NCBI GenBank assembly: GCA_943787705.1
Contig: CALSNL010000003.1
Span: 390,649-454,648 of the forward strand
Direction: 5' to 3'
Length of the DNA stretch: 64,000 nucleotides
DNA from: an uncultured Pseudomonadales bacterium
Lineage (GTDB): Bacteria > Pseudomonadota > Gammaproteobacteria > Pseudomonadales > UBA7434
Part shown: positions 20,737-29,999 of the stretch, one piece after another
How positions within the stretch are numbered: the first letter of the stretch is position 1
How the letters are laid out: the number at the start of each line of letters is the position of its first letter
Notes under the pieces: model-generated
What the model was told of the DNA's origin: nothing
Seen by the model: the letters and a program-made list of their open reading frames with translations, nothing else
Database searches by the model: none
Translations under genes and position numbers: made by a program

Positions 20737-21969
20737 GTGCCTTATTACGGATTCCTTATGCTAGCTTCCATGCCCCGCGGATTTTCCAATGTCATCATAC
20801 TTGCACTTACCAGTACCTTTGCTTTTTCTACCACAGCAATGCTTATGCTAGTAGGCAGCTTAGTGGGATCAGAGCTTGCGCCATCAGCTGACTGGGCCAC
20901 ACTGCCCATTGCTATGATGGTTGTGGGAACCGCTATCGGTATTTTTCCCGTCACGCGATTAATGTCCACGCTAGGTCGAAAATATACACTTTGGATATTC
21001 TTTATCGTTAATATTTTTATCTGCTTACTGGCCAGCCATAGCTTAGTAATTAAAAACTTTGCACTGTTTTGCTTTTGCGCGATGATGATTGGTTTTGGCA
21101 ATGCAGCGCTACAACAAATTCGTTTTGCCGCCATGGAAAGCGTTACCCCTAAGCATGCAGTGACAGCCGCCTCTATTGTTATGCTTAGCGGTGTACTCGC
21201 AGCGATTATAGGTCCTGAACTTGCTGTGCTTGGACGAACACTGACGCAAGTTGAATACCAGGGATCATTCTGGCTAGTCGCGGGTAATATTTTAATCGCT
21301 ACCTTTATTTTAATTTTTTATAAAGAAATAGATATTAAAACAGCGTCCGAAAAAGAATCATCTCGATCCATTAAATTAATCATCAAATCGCCGTCGTTTC
21401 GTCTAGCGGTCGCAAGCGCTGCTATTGGCTATATTGTTATGTCATTTGTTATGACAGGCACACCCATTAGCATGCATAACCATTTTGGCCATAGTCTTGC
21501 CGATACTAAATGGGTTATCCAAAGCCATATAGCCGCTATGTTTTTACCATCGCTAATCACCCCATGGTTATTTCGATTACTGGGTATTCGAGGGTTAATG
21601 ACTATTGGCCTAGCCTGTTACGGCTTAACGATTATTATTGGCCTTATTGATAGTTCAGTAATGGGGTTTTGGTTTCAACTGGTGATACTGGGTATAGGCT
21701 GGAACTTCTTGTTTATATCAGGAACTACCTTATTGCCACGCACCTATTTAAAAGGCGAAAAATTTAAAGCGCAAGCATTTAACGACAGCGTAGTTTTTTC
21801 TACGCAGGCCATTGCTTCACTCTCGGCGGGCTGGGCAATTAGCTCAACCAGTTGGCAAGCTATGTTACTGGTATGTTTAATTCCGATTGGCTTTATGTTG
21901 GTAACGCTAATGCGTTCAGGATCTATACCAAGCGCTGAAGGGATTCATGATGATGATGATAATGTATAA
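20737..21969 (+). CDS. MFS transporter
   Basis: 410-aa ORF with about 12 hydrophobic segments and a D-rich C-terminus. Start codon uncertain. Confidence 0.75.
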   Translation: MPYYGFLMLASMPRGFSNVIILALTSTFAFSTTAMLMLVGSLVGSELAPSADWATLPIAMMVVGTAIGIFPVTRLMSTLGRKYTLWIFFIVNIFICLLASHSLVIKNFALFCFCAMMIGFGNAALQQIRFAAMESVTPKHAVTAASIVMLSGVLAAIIGPELAVLGRTLTQVEYQGSFWLVAGNILIATFILIFYKEIDIKTASEKESSRSIKLIIKSPSFRLAVASAAIGYIVMSFVMTGTPISMHNHFGHSLADTKWVIQSHIAAMFLPSLITPWLFRLLGIRGLMTIGLACYGLTIIIGLIDSSVMGFWFQLVILGIGWNFLFISGTTLLPRTYLKGEKFKAQAFNDSVVFSTQAIASLSAGWAISSTSWQAMLLVCLIPIGFMLVTLMRSGSIPSAEGIHDDDDNV

Positions 21970-22039
21970 ATAAAGAGAAGAGCTTGGCTTGACGCTTACG
22001 CCTAAGCCTAAGCCTTAAGGATTGGGCTGAACAAGATCG

Positions 22040-22327
22040 TTAGTCGGCAAGCTTTGTACGCACCTTGCCCCAAGGGTCGGCAGCAGGAGAGTCTGATGGA
22101 GTAAGCGACTTAGACTGCATAACAATATATAAGCGTTCAACTTTTTCTCTAGCCCAGAGTGTTTTACGCAAAAATTTTAAGCTCGACTTAATTGAAGGAT
22201 CGCTTTTAAAGCAGTTAATATTGATACGCTCACCGAGCGATTCCCAGCCGTAATGGTCAACCAACTGCGTTAGCAATTGCTCTAGCGTAATGCCATGTAA
22301 AGGGTTATTCGGTTGTTTATCCGTCAT
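22040..22327 (-). CDS. VF530/DUF2132 family small DNA-binding protein
   Basis: The ORF track gives 22040-22354. I prefer the internal ATG ([32 protein letters not shown]...), which gives the typical DUF2132 sequence. Confidence 0.75.
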   Translation of the reverse strand: MTDKQPNNPLHGITLEQLLTQLVDHYGWESLGERININCFKSDPSIKSSLKFLRKTLWAREKVERLYIVMQSKSLTPSDSPAADPWGKVRTKLAD

Positions 22328-22521
22328 TGGCCTGTGATACCTGCTATATTCCACCTTCTTTGAAACAGTCTACCACTTGTTCATCAATAAGGTTTACGTT
22401 TATCCTGTGCACCAAAGAAAGCCCCAGCTAAGGCTATAAAATAGCGAGACGAGAACCACCCAAATATTGAGCCACTTAATTTTGTGCCATACGAGCACAC
22501 ATTACCGTTGAGCCCGCACAC

Positions 22522-24144
22522 ATGATTCGCCTATCCAATGTTAAATTACCGCTAAACCATGATAAAACAGCTATTAATAAAGCTGTGCTGTCGACCCTCA
22601 ATATCCGCAAAGAACAGCTGCTAAGCGTTGAAATCTTTAAGCGCGGGTACGATGCGCGTAAAAAAACCAATATATCGCTTATTTATACATTAGATGTCGA
22701 AACAACGATTAATGACGAGCTGTTAGAAAAATTCGCAGACAGCCAGTTAATTAAAACCACCCCCGATCTGACTTATTATAATGTGGCACAAGCGCCGGAT
22801 AATTTGACCGAGCGCCCAGTCGTTATAGGCTTTGGTCCCTGTGGTTTATTAACGGCTTTGCTATTAGCACAAATGGGCTATAAACCGATTGTGCTTGAGC
22901 GCGGCAAAGAAGTGCGCGAGCGCACCAAAGATACCTTTAACTTTTGGCGTAAAAAAGAACTCAATACAGAATCGAATGTGCAATTTGGCGAAGGCGGCGC
23001 AGGAACCTTTTCTGACGGCAAACTCTGGAGCCAAGTAAAAGACCCTAAGCAATACGGTCGCAAAGTATTAAATGAATTTGTAGAAGCCGGCGCGCCAGAA
23101 GAAATACTGTTTGTCAGCAAACCGCATATTGGCACATTTAAATTAGTCACCATGGTTGAGAAAATGCGCGCCAAGATTATTGCGCTGGGTGGTGAAATTC
23201 GTTTTAGTAGTCGCGTCGAAGATATACATATTGAAAATGGTCAAGTCACCGGCTTGAGTTTAGCCGACGGTGAAAAAATTAATACTCGCCATGTCGCATT
23301 AGCTATAGGCCATAGCGCCCGTGACACCTTTCAAATGCTCTACGACAACAATGTCTACATAGAAGCCAAACCTTTCTCAGTGGGCTTTAGAATTGAGCAT
23401 AAGCAATCGATGATTGATGATGCTCGCTTTGGGCCTAATGCAGGCAATGAAATATTAGGTGCTGCAGACTATAAATTGGTTCACCATTGTAAAAATGGCC
23501 GATCCGTTTATAGCTTTTGCATGTGTCCGGGTGGCACAGTAGTGGCTGCTAGTTCTGAAGAAAAACGCGTTGTCACTAACGGCATGAGTCAGTACTCGCG
23601 TAATGAGCGCAATGCTAACAGTGCTGTTGTGGTGGGGATTAACCCATCGGATTATCCAGGCCATCCATTAGCGGGCATTGATTTTCAGCGTGAATTAGAA
23701 AGCAGAGCTTATGCCATGGGCGGTGAGAATTACGATGCACCGGCGCAGAAAGTAGGGGATTTTTTAAAGGGTAAGAGTTCTGAAGTGCTTGGCAGTGTTG
23801 AACCTTCGTTTAAGCCAGGTATTAAGTTAACGGATTTGTCGGGGGCATTACCTGATTTTTGTATTGAGGCGCTGCGTGAAGCATTGCCTGCGTTTAATAG
23901 AAAGATTAAGGGCTTTGCGCTTGATGATGCGTTGTTAACGAGTGTTGAGACGCGGACGTCTGCGCCGATCAATATTAAGCGTGGTGATGATTATCAGAGT
24001 GTGAATACGGTTGGTTTGTACCCTGCGGGTGAAGGTGCTGGGTATGCGGGTGGGATTATGTCGGCTGCTATGGATGGGATTAAGGTGGCGGAGGCTATGG
24101 CGTTGAGTATTAATGCTACCGCGGATCATTCAAGTTATCCATAG
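22522..24144 (+). CDS. NAD(FAD)-utilising dehydrogenase (COG2509-type FAD-dependent oxidoreductase)
   Basis: 540-aa ORF. Dinucleotide motif VIGFGPCGL. GGAGTFSDGKL. C-terminal PAGEGAGYAGGI. Confidence 0.8.
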   Translation: MIRLSNVKLPLNHDKTAINKAVLSTLNIRKEQLLSVEIFKRGYDARKKTNISLIYTLDVETTINDELLEKFADSQLIKTTPDLTYYNVAQAPDNLTERPVVIGFGPCGLLTALLLAQMGYKPIVLERGKEVRERTKDTFNFWRKKELNTESNVQFGEGGAGTFSDGKLWSQVKDPKQYGRKVLNEFVEAGAPEEILFVSKPHIGTFKLVTMVEKMRAKIIALGGEIRFSSRVEDIHIENGQVTGLSLADGEKINTRHVALAIGHSARDTFQMLYDNNVYIEAKPFSVGFRIEHKQSMIDDARFGPNAGNEILGAADYKLVHHCKNGRSVYSFCMCPGGTVVAASSEEKRVVTNGMSQYSRNERNANSAVVVGINPSDYPGHPLAGIDFQRELESRAYAMGGENYDAPAQKVGDFLKGKSSEVLGSVEPSFKPGIKLTDLSGALPDFCIEALREALPAFNRKIKGFALDDALLTSVETRTSAPINIKRGDDYQSVNTVGLYPAGEGAGYAGGIMSAAMDGIKVAEAMALSINATADHSSYP

Positions 24145-25208
24145 AGAGTCGCTTGAGCTTTTAATAGTTATATATCATTCTGAGTGTTTACCTTGTTTTT
24201 TAACGTTTTAAGTTCAAGGTCGTCGGGGGTGGCCCGACAGCCAGAGTCTAGATCTTTAAGCTTTATCTGATGGTGTTTTTATATTCTGGATTTTTATTTT
24301 CATTGTTTGAGTTTTCAGTTCAAGACCGTCGGGGGTGGCCCGACAGCCAGTCACTTTTCTTGATTCGCTTCGCTCACCCTACGGGGCGCCCTTCAGGCGC
24401 AGCGCAAACTACGCTGTGCAACAGCAAAAAAAGTAACCAAAAATGCCGTAAGCTTAACCACGACGGGTGCATCTCGTAGTGTTTTCTGTCCAGCAGTTCC
24501 AGAGGGGCTATCGCTAAGCGGTATAGGAGTAATGTTTTAAACTATAACAGTCACGTTATATTCTGGTGTTTCGCTTTTCTTTTTAAGTTTTAAATTCAAG
24601 GTCGTCGGGGGTGGCCCGACAGCCAGTCACTTTTTGTCTACAGCAACAAAAAGTAACCAAAAAATGCCGTAAGCTTAACGGCGAAGCTTAACCACGACGG
24701 GTGCATCTCGCAGTGTTTTCTGTCCAGCAGTTCCAGAGGGTTTATCGCCAAGCGGTATAGGGAGTACTTTTTTTGTGCTGCACTTACATCAGGTTTTACG
24801 TCCAAGTTTACCTTTGAGCGAAATAGCAGTTCTACTCTTTTTTCTTTTTTTCCTTTTGAGCGGCATGCGGAGCTCAATGTAAAGACCGGCCGTTAGGCAC
24901 GGTTTTTACTTGTTCTAAAATAAAAAGAAGTCTACTGAACTTGTTCGTTGTAGCCTCATTGTGTTTTGAAAAGTCTGCGGTATCAGAATGATATTGGCTG
25001 GAGGCGAGCTTAAATATTGACGAACAACTAAGTCGAGTGAAAAATGTTTTCGTAGGCGCTGCTACGGTGTACTGAATAAAACCATCCCAAAGCGAATAGG
25101 TTATATCGGGGTCAATCTTCGTCAGATTGTGTGCTTTCTTTTGGTTACTTTTCTTTACACAAGTAAAGAAAAGTAACTGGCTGTCGGGCCACCCCCGACG
25201 ACCCTCTC
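24145..25208. repeat. Non-coding repeat island B, mirror image of island A
   Basis: The whole 1.06-kb spacer between the convergent 3' ends of the FAD oxidoreductase and the yehS-like gene. Hairpins lie at 24221-24237, 24328-24344 and 24604-24620 (fwd) and 25183-25199 (rev). Read backwards, the order and spacing (579/276/107 bp) match island A (581/234/101 bp). Confidence 0.9.
24581..25203. mobile_element. Second copy of the MITE-like composite element, inverted relative to 5812-6460
   Basis: The termini around 24601-24634 and 25167-25202 are inverted repeats with one mismatch. By my manual alignment the ~375-bp interior matches copy A at roughly 90-93% (about 27 differences). Confidence 0.5.
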
Positions 25209-25703
25209 TTACCATTCAAATTCCGGCGGCACCGTACCCTCTACATCCTTCCGAAGCTCAATCTGCAAGCCCTGCAAAAAATTCCTCAACACCTGATCCT
25301 TACATATCCGAAAATGCTTATGATCTGCCTTACGAAAAAACGCACTCAACTCATGCTTACTTAAACGAAAACCCGCCAAACTCAGCGTATGTAAAACATC
25401 CTCAGCTTTCATATTAAGCGCAATTTTCAACTTCATAAAAATAATATTATTATTCAGCTTCTTCTCAGGTACTGGTTGATCACCATCACGCTTGCCGCGC
25501 TTCTCAACTATCAAACCATTCAAAAATGTTGCCATTAATGTATCACTGCAACTTTTGTAATCATCATCATCGTCTTTTTTTAACCAAGCACTAATCTGCT
25601 CACGCGTCACTTCGCAACCTGCCAGCCCAAATAAGGCCACCATCTTATTATCGTTAAAATCAAAGATGTAGCGTGCGCGGCGTAAAATATCGTTATTGGT
25701 CAT
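25209..25703 (-). CDS. DUF1456 (YehS) family protein
   Basis: 164-aa ORF with two tandem DUF1456-like halves (NDILRRARYIF...; ...MKAEDVLHTLSLAGFRLSKHELSAFFRK). Confidence 0.75.
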   Translation of the reverse strand: MTNNDILRRARYIFDFNDNKMVALFGLAGCEVTREQISAWLKKDDDDDYKSCSDTLMATFLNGLIVEKRGKRDGDQPVPEKKLNNNIIFMKLKIALNMKAEDVLHTLSLAGFRLSKHELSAFFRKADHKHFRICKDQVLRNFLQGLQIELRKDVEGTVPPEFEW

Positions 25704-25858
25704 AAAGACTTCCTAATATAATAAGGTAACATCATGAGATCACATCCATATAATCGCATCTAAGCAATATATTAATGAACCCCATCTTGAACGTGAGAAA
25801 TTAGGCGACAGTTTACTTGAATATAAAGAAAAAAAACGGATTGATTTGGGCCTAAAGA

Positions 25859-26932
25859 CTACCTTAACGGCTCAACCACACTCGCGATATCACCAGACTC
25901 AGCCAAACGAATAAACGCCTCACCTAACTCACCACCTCTATCTTTAGCTGTGGTCCAGCGACTAACACGCTCACTGTCATTATTCTTGAATTGATAAAAA
26001 TCTTGCCTATCTGGAATCTTGCCACCAGGAAGCGACGCCACATACTCATCACTTGGGCCAATAAGCACCGTATTATCCAATCCCTGTGCAGACACTTTTC
26101 GCCATGGCGCAAACTTATCGAACCAGCCCTCAGTTAAATGGGTATAAAAATGCGGATACAATATTAACCCTTGTTTAACGTCAACCAAGTTGCTCGGCAA
26201 TGGATGATAATCTAGCAAACCACCATCACGATAAACCCCCGACTCCGCACCGGCTATATTGGTTACACCGTGCATCATAGCCGGTATTGATCCCGATGAT
26301 AAAACAGCTGGAATAAGACTCTCTACCGTTAAGGCAATATGTCGCGTGGTAAAACTATCAGTGCCAGTAAAATCATTGACCGGTTTACCTGTATAGAAAA
26401 CCGTGCGCTCGAAAGTATTACGAAGATTCTGACGACTCAACATAGAAAGAAAAAGTGCTTTGATCATCGCTACTTTTTGCAGCGTTGTATTATGACTGCC
26501 TAATAAACCATTACAGCGCACACTGGCACAATGATAATTAAATCGAGGATTAAATAGAATTTCAGGTATATTTTTTTCGCTTAAAAAAGCATTGAGAATG
26601 CGCCGCGTTTCAATATCGACTTTATCGGCAGAAATATCATCGCCATAATATTGATGAATATAAGCATCGGCCAATTGCGTCATCGCTTCTGCAGGATTAC
26701 TTTGCGCAGCTGCAGCCAATTTAAAAGCACCTACTGAGGTGCCAAATAAATCAATCGGCTGATCACTCTTAACTAACCACTCAGAAAAAATGGCTTTATC
26801 CAAACCATATATCGTTAACCATTTGGCCGCACCTGAGGCACCAAAAATTGCGCTAACATCCTGTGGCGCTAAGCCATTCTCTTTTATCTGTCGGTATGCC
26901 TTAGCACCCGCTAAAATCTTTATAGGCTCCAT
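25859..26932 (-). CDS. Patatin-like phospholipase family protein
   Basis: The ORF track gives 25859-26959. I prefer the ATG at 26932 (MEPIKILAG...). Lipase pentapeptide GTSVG and catalytic-Asp context YRDGGLLD. Confidence 0.8.
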   Translation of the reverse strand: MEPIKILAGAKAYRQIKENGLAPQDVSAIFGASGAAKWLTIYGLDKAIFSEWLVKSDQPIDLFGTSVGAFKLAAAAQSNPAEAMTQLADAYIHQYYGDDISADKVDIETRRILNAFLSEKNIPEILFNPRFNYHCASVRCNGLLGSHNTTLQKVAMIKALFLSMLSRQNLRNTFERTVFYTGKPVNDFTGTDSFTTRHIALTVESLIPAVLSSGSIPAMMHGVTNIAGAESGVYRDGGLLDYHPLPSNLVDVKQGLILYPHFYTHLTEGWFDKFAPWRKVSAQGLDNTVLIGPSDEYVASLPGGKIPDRQDFYQFKNNDSERVSRWTTAKDRGGELGEAFIRLAESGDIASVVEPLR

Positions 26933-26939
26933 AGTAATA

Positions 26940-27704
26940 CTAAAGCGTGTACCCTCCATCCACTACAATACATTCACCACTGGTATAACTCGACGCATCA
27001 GAGACAAGATACAAAACGGTACCCGCCATTTCTTGTGGCTCGGCATGACGTCCCATTGGCACTTCTTTCATTGCAGCATCATAAATCGCTTTATCGTTAA
27101 ATAAAGCACCTGCAAATTTCGTTTTTGTAAAACCGGGCAACAAAGCATTAACGCGTATGCCGTGTTGCGCACACTCTTTTGCAAATGCTTTAGTCATATT
27201 AACCACAGCTGCTTTAGTGATTGAATAAATACCTTGGTAAAGACCCGGCTGCAAAGCATTCACCGATGCAGTATTCACTATAGCGCCACCGCCACTTTCG
27301 CGCATTAAACGCCCCGCTTCTACAGACATAAAAAAGTAGCCGCGAATATTAACATCTACCGTTTTTGTATAGGCAGCAAGATCAGTATCTAATATATCGC
27401 CAAAATAAGGGTTGGCAGCTGCGTTATTCACAAGAATATCTAACTTGCCATGCTGCGTTTTAATATGAGCAAACACCTGACTAATATCTTCCATATTGCC
27501 GACATGACAGGCAAAAGCTTCGGCACTACCGCCAGCTGCTTTAATCGCATTAGCGACTAATTCGCAGCCATCAATTTTACGACTTGAGACAATAACATGA
27601 GCACCTTGCTCTGCTAACAATTTAGCAATTTCTTCACCAATGCCACGACTGGCACCAGTCACTAAGGCTACCTTGCCGGTTAAATCAAATATTTTTGTAC
27701 CCAT
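26940..27704 (-). CDS. SDR family oxidoreductase (classical, FabG-like)
   Basis: The ORF track starts at a TTG (27719). The ATG at 27704 has GGAG 9 nt upstream. Motifs TGASRGIG, NNAA and YSITKAA. Confidence 0.85.
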   Translation of the reverse strand: MGTKIFDLTGKVALVTGASRGIGEEIAKLLAEQGAHVIVSSRKIDGCELVANAIKAAGGSAEAFACHVGNMEDISQVFAHIKTQHGKLDILVNNAAANPYFGDILDTDLAAYTKTVDVNIRGYFFMSVEAGRLMRESGGGAIVNTASVNALQPGLYQGIYSITKAAVVNMTKAFAKECAQHGIRVNALLPGFTKTKFAGALFNDKAIYDAAMKEVPMGRHAEPQEMAGTVLYLVSDASSYTSGECIVVDGGYTL

Positions 27705-27747
27705 TAATATTAACTCCAAAAGCTCTTTAGGCTAGAAATTTGAATTA

Positions 27748-28533
27748 TTATCTGCGCGTGATAAGCCATTGATAAAGACTGGGAGATAGACGCTTTACTC
27801 CCCAGTGGAACCAACTTGTTTTATGTGGCAATAACATAAACTGATTCGCTTTTACTGCTGAAACTATTTTTTCGGCAATATCTTCGGCTGTCATCGATGA
27901 TTTTTCCATCTGTTGATCAATTACTTCTTGCTGCCCTTCTTTTGCATTCATCAATGATTCTGATAAATTGGTTCGGAATAAACTAGGACACACTACCGTA
28001 ACGCCAATATTTTTATGCTTTAATTCTGCGCGTAACATTTCTGACACCGACACCACAGCGGCTTTTGATGCACTGTAGCTGCCCATACCAGGAATGGTGA
28101 TAAGGCCTGCAATCGATGCGATATTAACGATATGTCCAGCACCTTGCTCTTTAAACGTTCGCGCAAATATTGAGCAGCCGCGAACCACGCCCATTAAATT
28201 AATATCCATCGCTCGCTGCCATTCCACCATTGGCACACGATCTATAGCACCTAACGCTGAGACTATACCGGCATTATTAATTAACACGTCTATTTGGGTC
28301 CACTCTTCTAGACATCGATCATGCAAGGCTTGAATATCTTCACTCTTGGCTACATTACAATAATGAAAAAAAGCCTGACTGCCTAATGCTTTTATCTCTT
28401 CGACGGCTTCATCACCGCGCTCTTGATTAATATCGGCAACGGCAATCTGCCATCCTTGACGAGCAAAGGCTAAAGCTGTCGCCTTACCAAGACCACTACT
28501 AGCACCGGTAATAACTACTGTTTTATTATTCAT
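27748..28533 (-). CDS. SDR family oxidoreductase
   Basis: 261-aa ORF. Motifs TGASSGLG, NNAG and YSASKAA. Confidence 0.85.
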   Translation of the reverse strand: MNNKTVVITGASSGLGKATALAFARQGWQIAVADINQERGDEAVEEIKALGSQAFFHYCNVAKSEDIQALHDRCLEEWTQIDVLINNAGIVSALGAIDRVPMVEWQRAMDINLMGVVRGCSIFARTFKEQGAGHIVNIASIAGLITIPGMGSYSASKAAVVSVSEMLRAELKHKNIGVTVVCPSLFRTNLSESLMNAKEGQQEVIDQQMEKSSMTAEDIAEKIVSAVKANQFMLLPHKTSWFHWGVKRLSPSLYQWLITRR

Positions 28534-28794
28534 ATTAGATGGCTTCGCTATTAACTTTATCTGACGATAGAATAGATGGCAGGCAGCTTAACTAAGCCCT
28601 TGCCAGCCTCTAGGTATCATGCATTTAATTTAGTTAAAGGGCAAACCCATCAAGATAATTGTTAGGTATTTATGACTATCAAAATTAAACTATTCGAAGA
28701 CTAATTAACGTTTATTAATAATCATTTAATATCGCCAATGCTTCGACAGCCTCAAATCAAAAAGTTGCAGTGTGGCAAAGCTCTCACCATTGAA

Positions 28795-29973
28795 TTAAAC
28801 GGTTACTTTACCGATAAGTACTTCATTCCCTTCTCGTGGATTAACAGGAATGTTTTGCGCTAAGACGAGACTAACAACCACCATGGCTGCGCCTATTAAG
28901 AAAACTGCTGAGGGTGATACCAGCCATATCAAACCAAAAATAACAGGAATAACCACCGCTGCAATATGATTAATAGTAAATGCAACGCCGGCTGTTGAGG
29001 CTATATCGGCAGGATCTGCTATTTTTTGAAAATAAGTTTTAATAGCAATGGCTAACGAAAAAAACAAGTGATCAAGTATATAAAGCCCCGCTGCCCACTT
29101 AGCGTCAGAGACAAAGGCATAAGCCGTGAATACACAGATTAATCCACAGTACTCAAAAGTGAGCGCTCGACGTTCACCCACTCGTCCCACCCAAGCACCA
29201 ATACGTTCAGCAAAGGCCCAGTTAAAAAGATGATTCACTAAATAAAGCGCGGCAATATCACTAACATCATAGCCAAACTTTTCTACCATCAAAAAACCAG
29301 CAAAGACGACAAATATTTGTCGGCGTGCGCCCCCCATAAAAGTTAGCGCATAATAAAGCCAATAGCGTTTACGCATTAACAAATGTTTGCGTTGTACCGT
29401 GTGGCCTTCAAATTTCGGAAAAGCTAACCACATCAGCAATACCAGCGCGACACAGCAACCGCCACCTATTAGATACAACGTTTCGAAGGGTAAAGAAAGA
29501 TAGCGCTCAGACAGCCACAGGCTGCTATAAACCACTAACGAGGCCATAGAGCCGTAAGCAAGCATCTTACCTAGTGCAGCTGGTGCTTCTTCTTTAGTCA
29601 GCCACTGTAAAGATAATGATTGCTTAATGGTCTCGAAATAATGGAAGCCTATGGACATTAATAATGTGGTGAGATAAAGCCCAACAACCGAAGGGAAATA
29701 ACCCGTTAACGCTACACCTATTCCCATCATCGCTAAAGCAACATAGGCCAGTGTTTGTTCTTTAATTAACAATAAAACCAATACGGCAGTAAAGGCTAAA
29801 AAGCCGGGGATTTCTCGAATACTCTGTAACATGCCAATTTCTGCACCGGTAAAAGCGGCACGTTCAATAACAAAGTTATTCAACAGCGCCATCCAGGTGG
29901 CAAAGGCTATGGGTAAAGACACCGACATTAGTAATAAAAGATTAGTCGGTGTTTGCCATGTTTTTTTTATCAC
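28795..29973 (-). CDS. MFS-type transporter, 27 nt downstream of the RND pump gene
   Basis: 392-aa ORF with about 12 hydrophobic segments. Confidence 0.7.
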   Translation of the reverse strand: MIKKTWQTPTNLLLLMSVSLPIAFATWMALLNNFVIERAAFTGAEIGMLQSIREIPGFLAFTAVLVLLLIKEQTLAYVALAMMGIGVALTGYFPSVVGLYLTTLLMSIGFHYFETIKQSLSLQWLTKEEAPAALGKMLAYGSMASLVVYSSLWLSERYLSLPFETLYLIGGGCCVALVLLMWLAFPKFEGHTVQRKHLLMRKRYWLYYALTFMGGARRQIFVVFAGFLMVEKFGYDVSDIAALYLVNHLFNWAFAERIGAWVGRVGERRALTFEYCGLICVFTAYAFVSDAKWAAGLYILDHLFFSLAIAIKTYFQKIADPADIASTAGVAFTINHIAAVVIPVIFGLIWLVSPSAVFLIGAAMVVVSLVLAQNIPVNPREGNEVLIGKVTV

Positions 29974-29999
29974 GAATCTAACGCCTTAATGAGAATGGT

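Noticed and set aside
24270-25417. ORF-track ORFs inside or overlapping repeat island B (24270-24479, 24638-24877, 24874-25215, 25127-25417)
   Set aside because: Same reasoning as island A. They run through hairpins and terminal repeats. One overlaps the yehS-like gene in antisense. None is conserved as an intact frame in island A.
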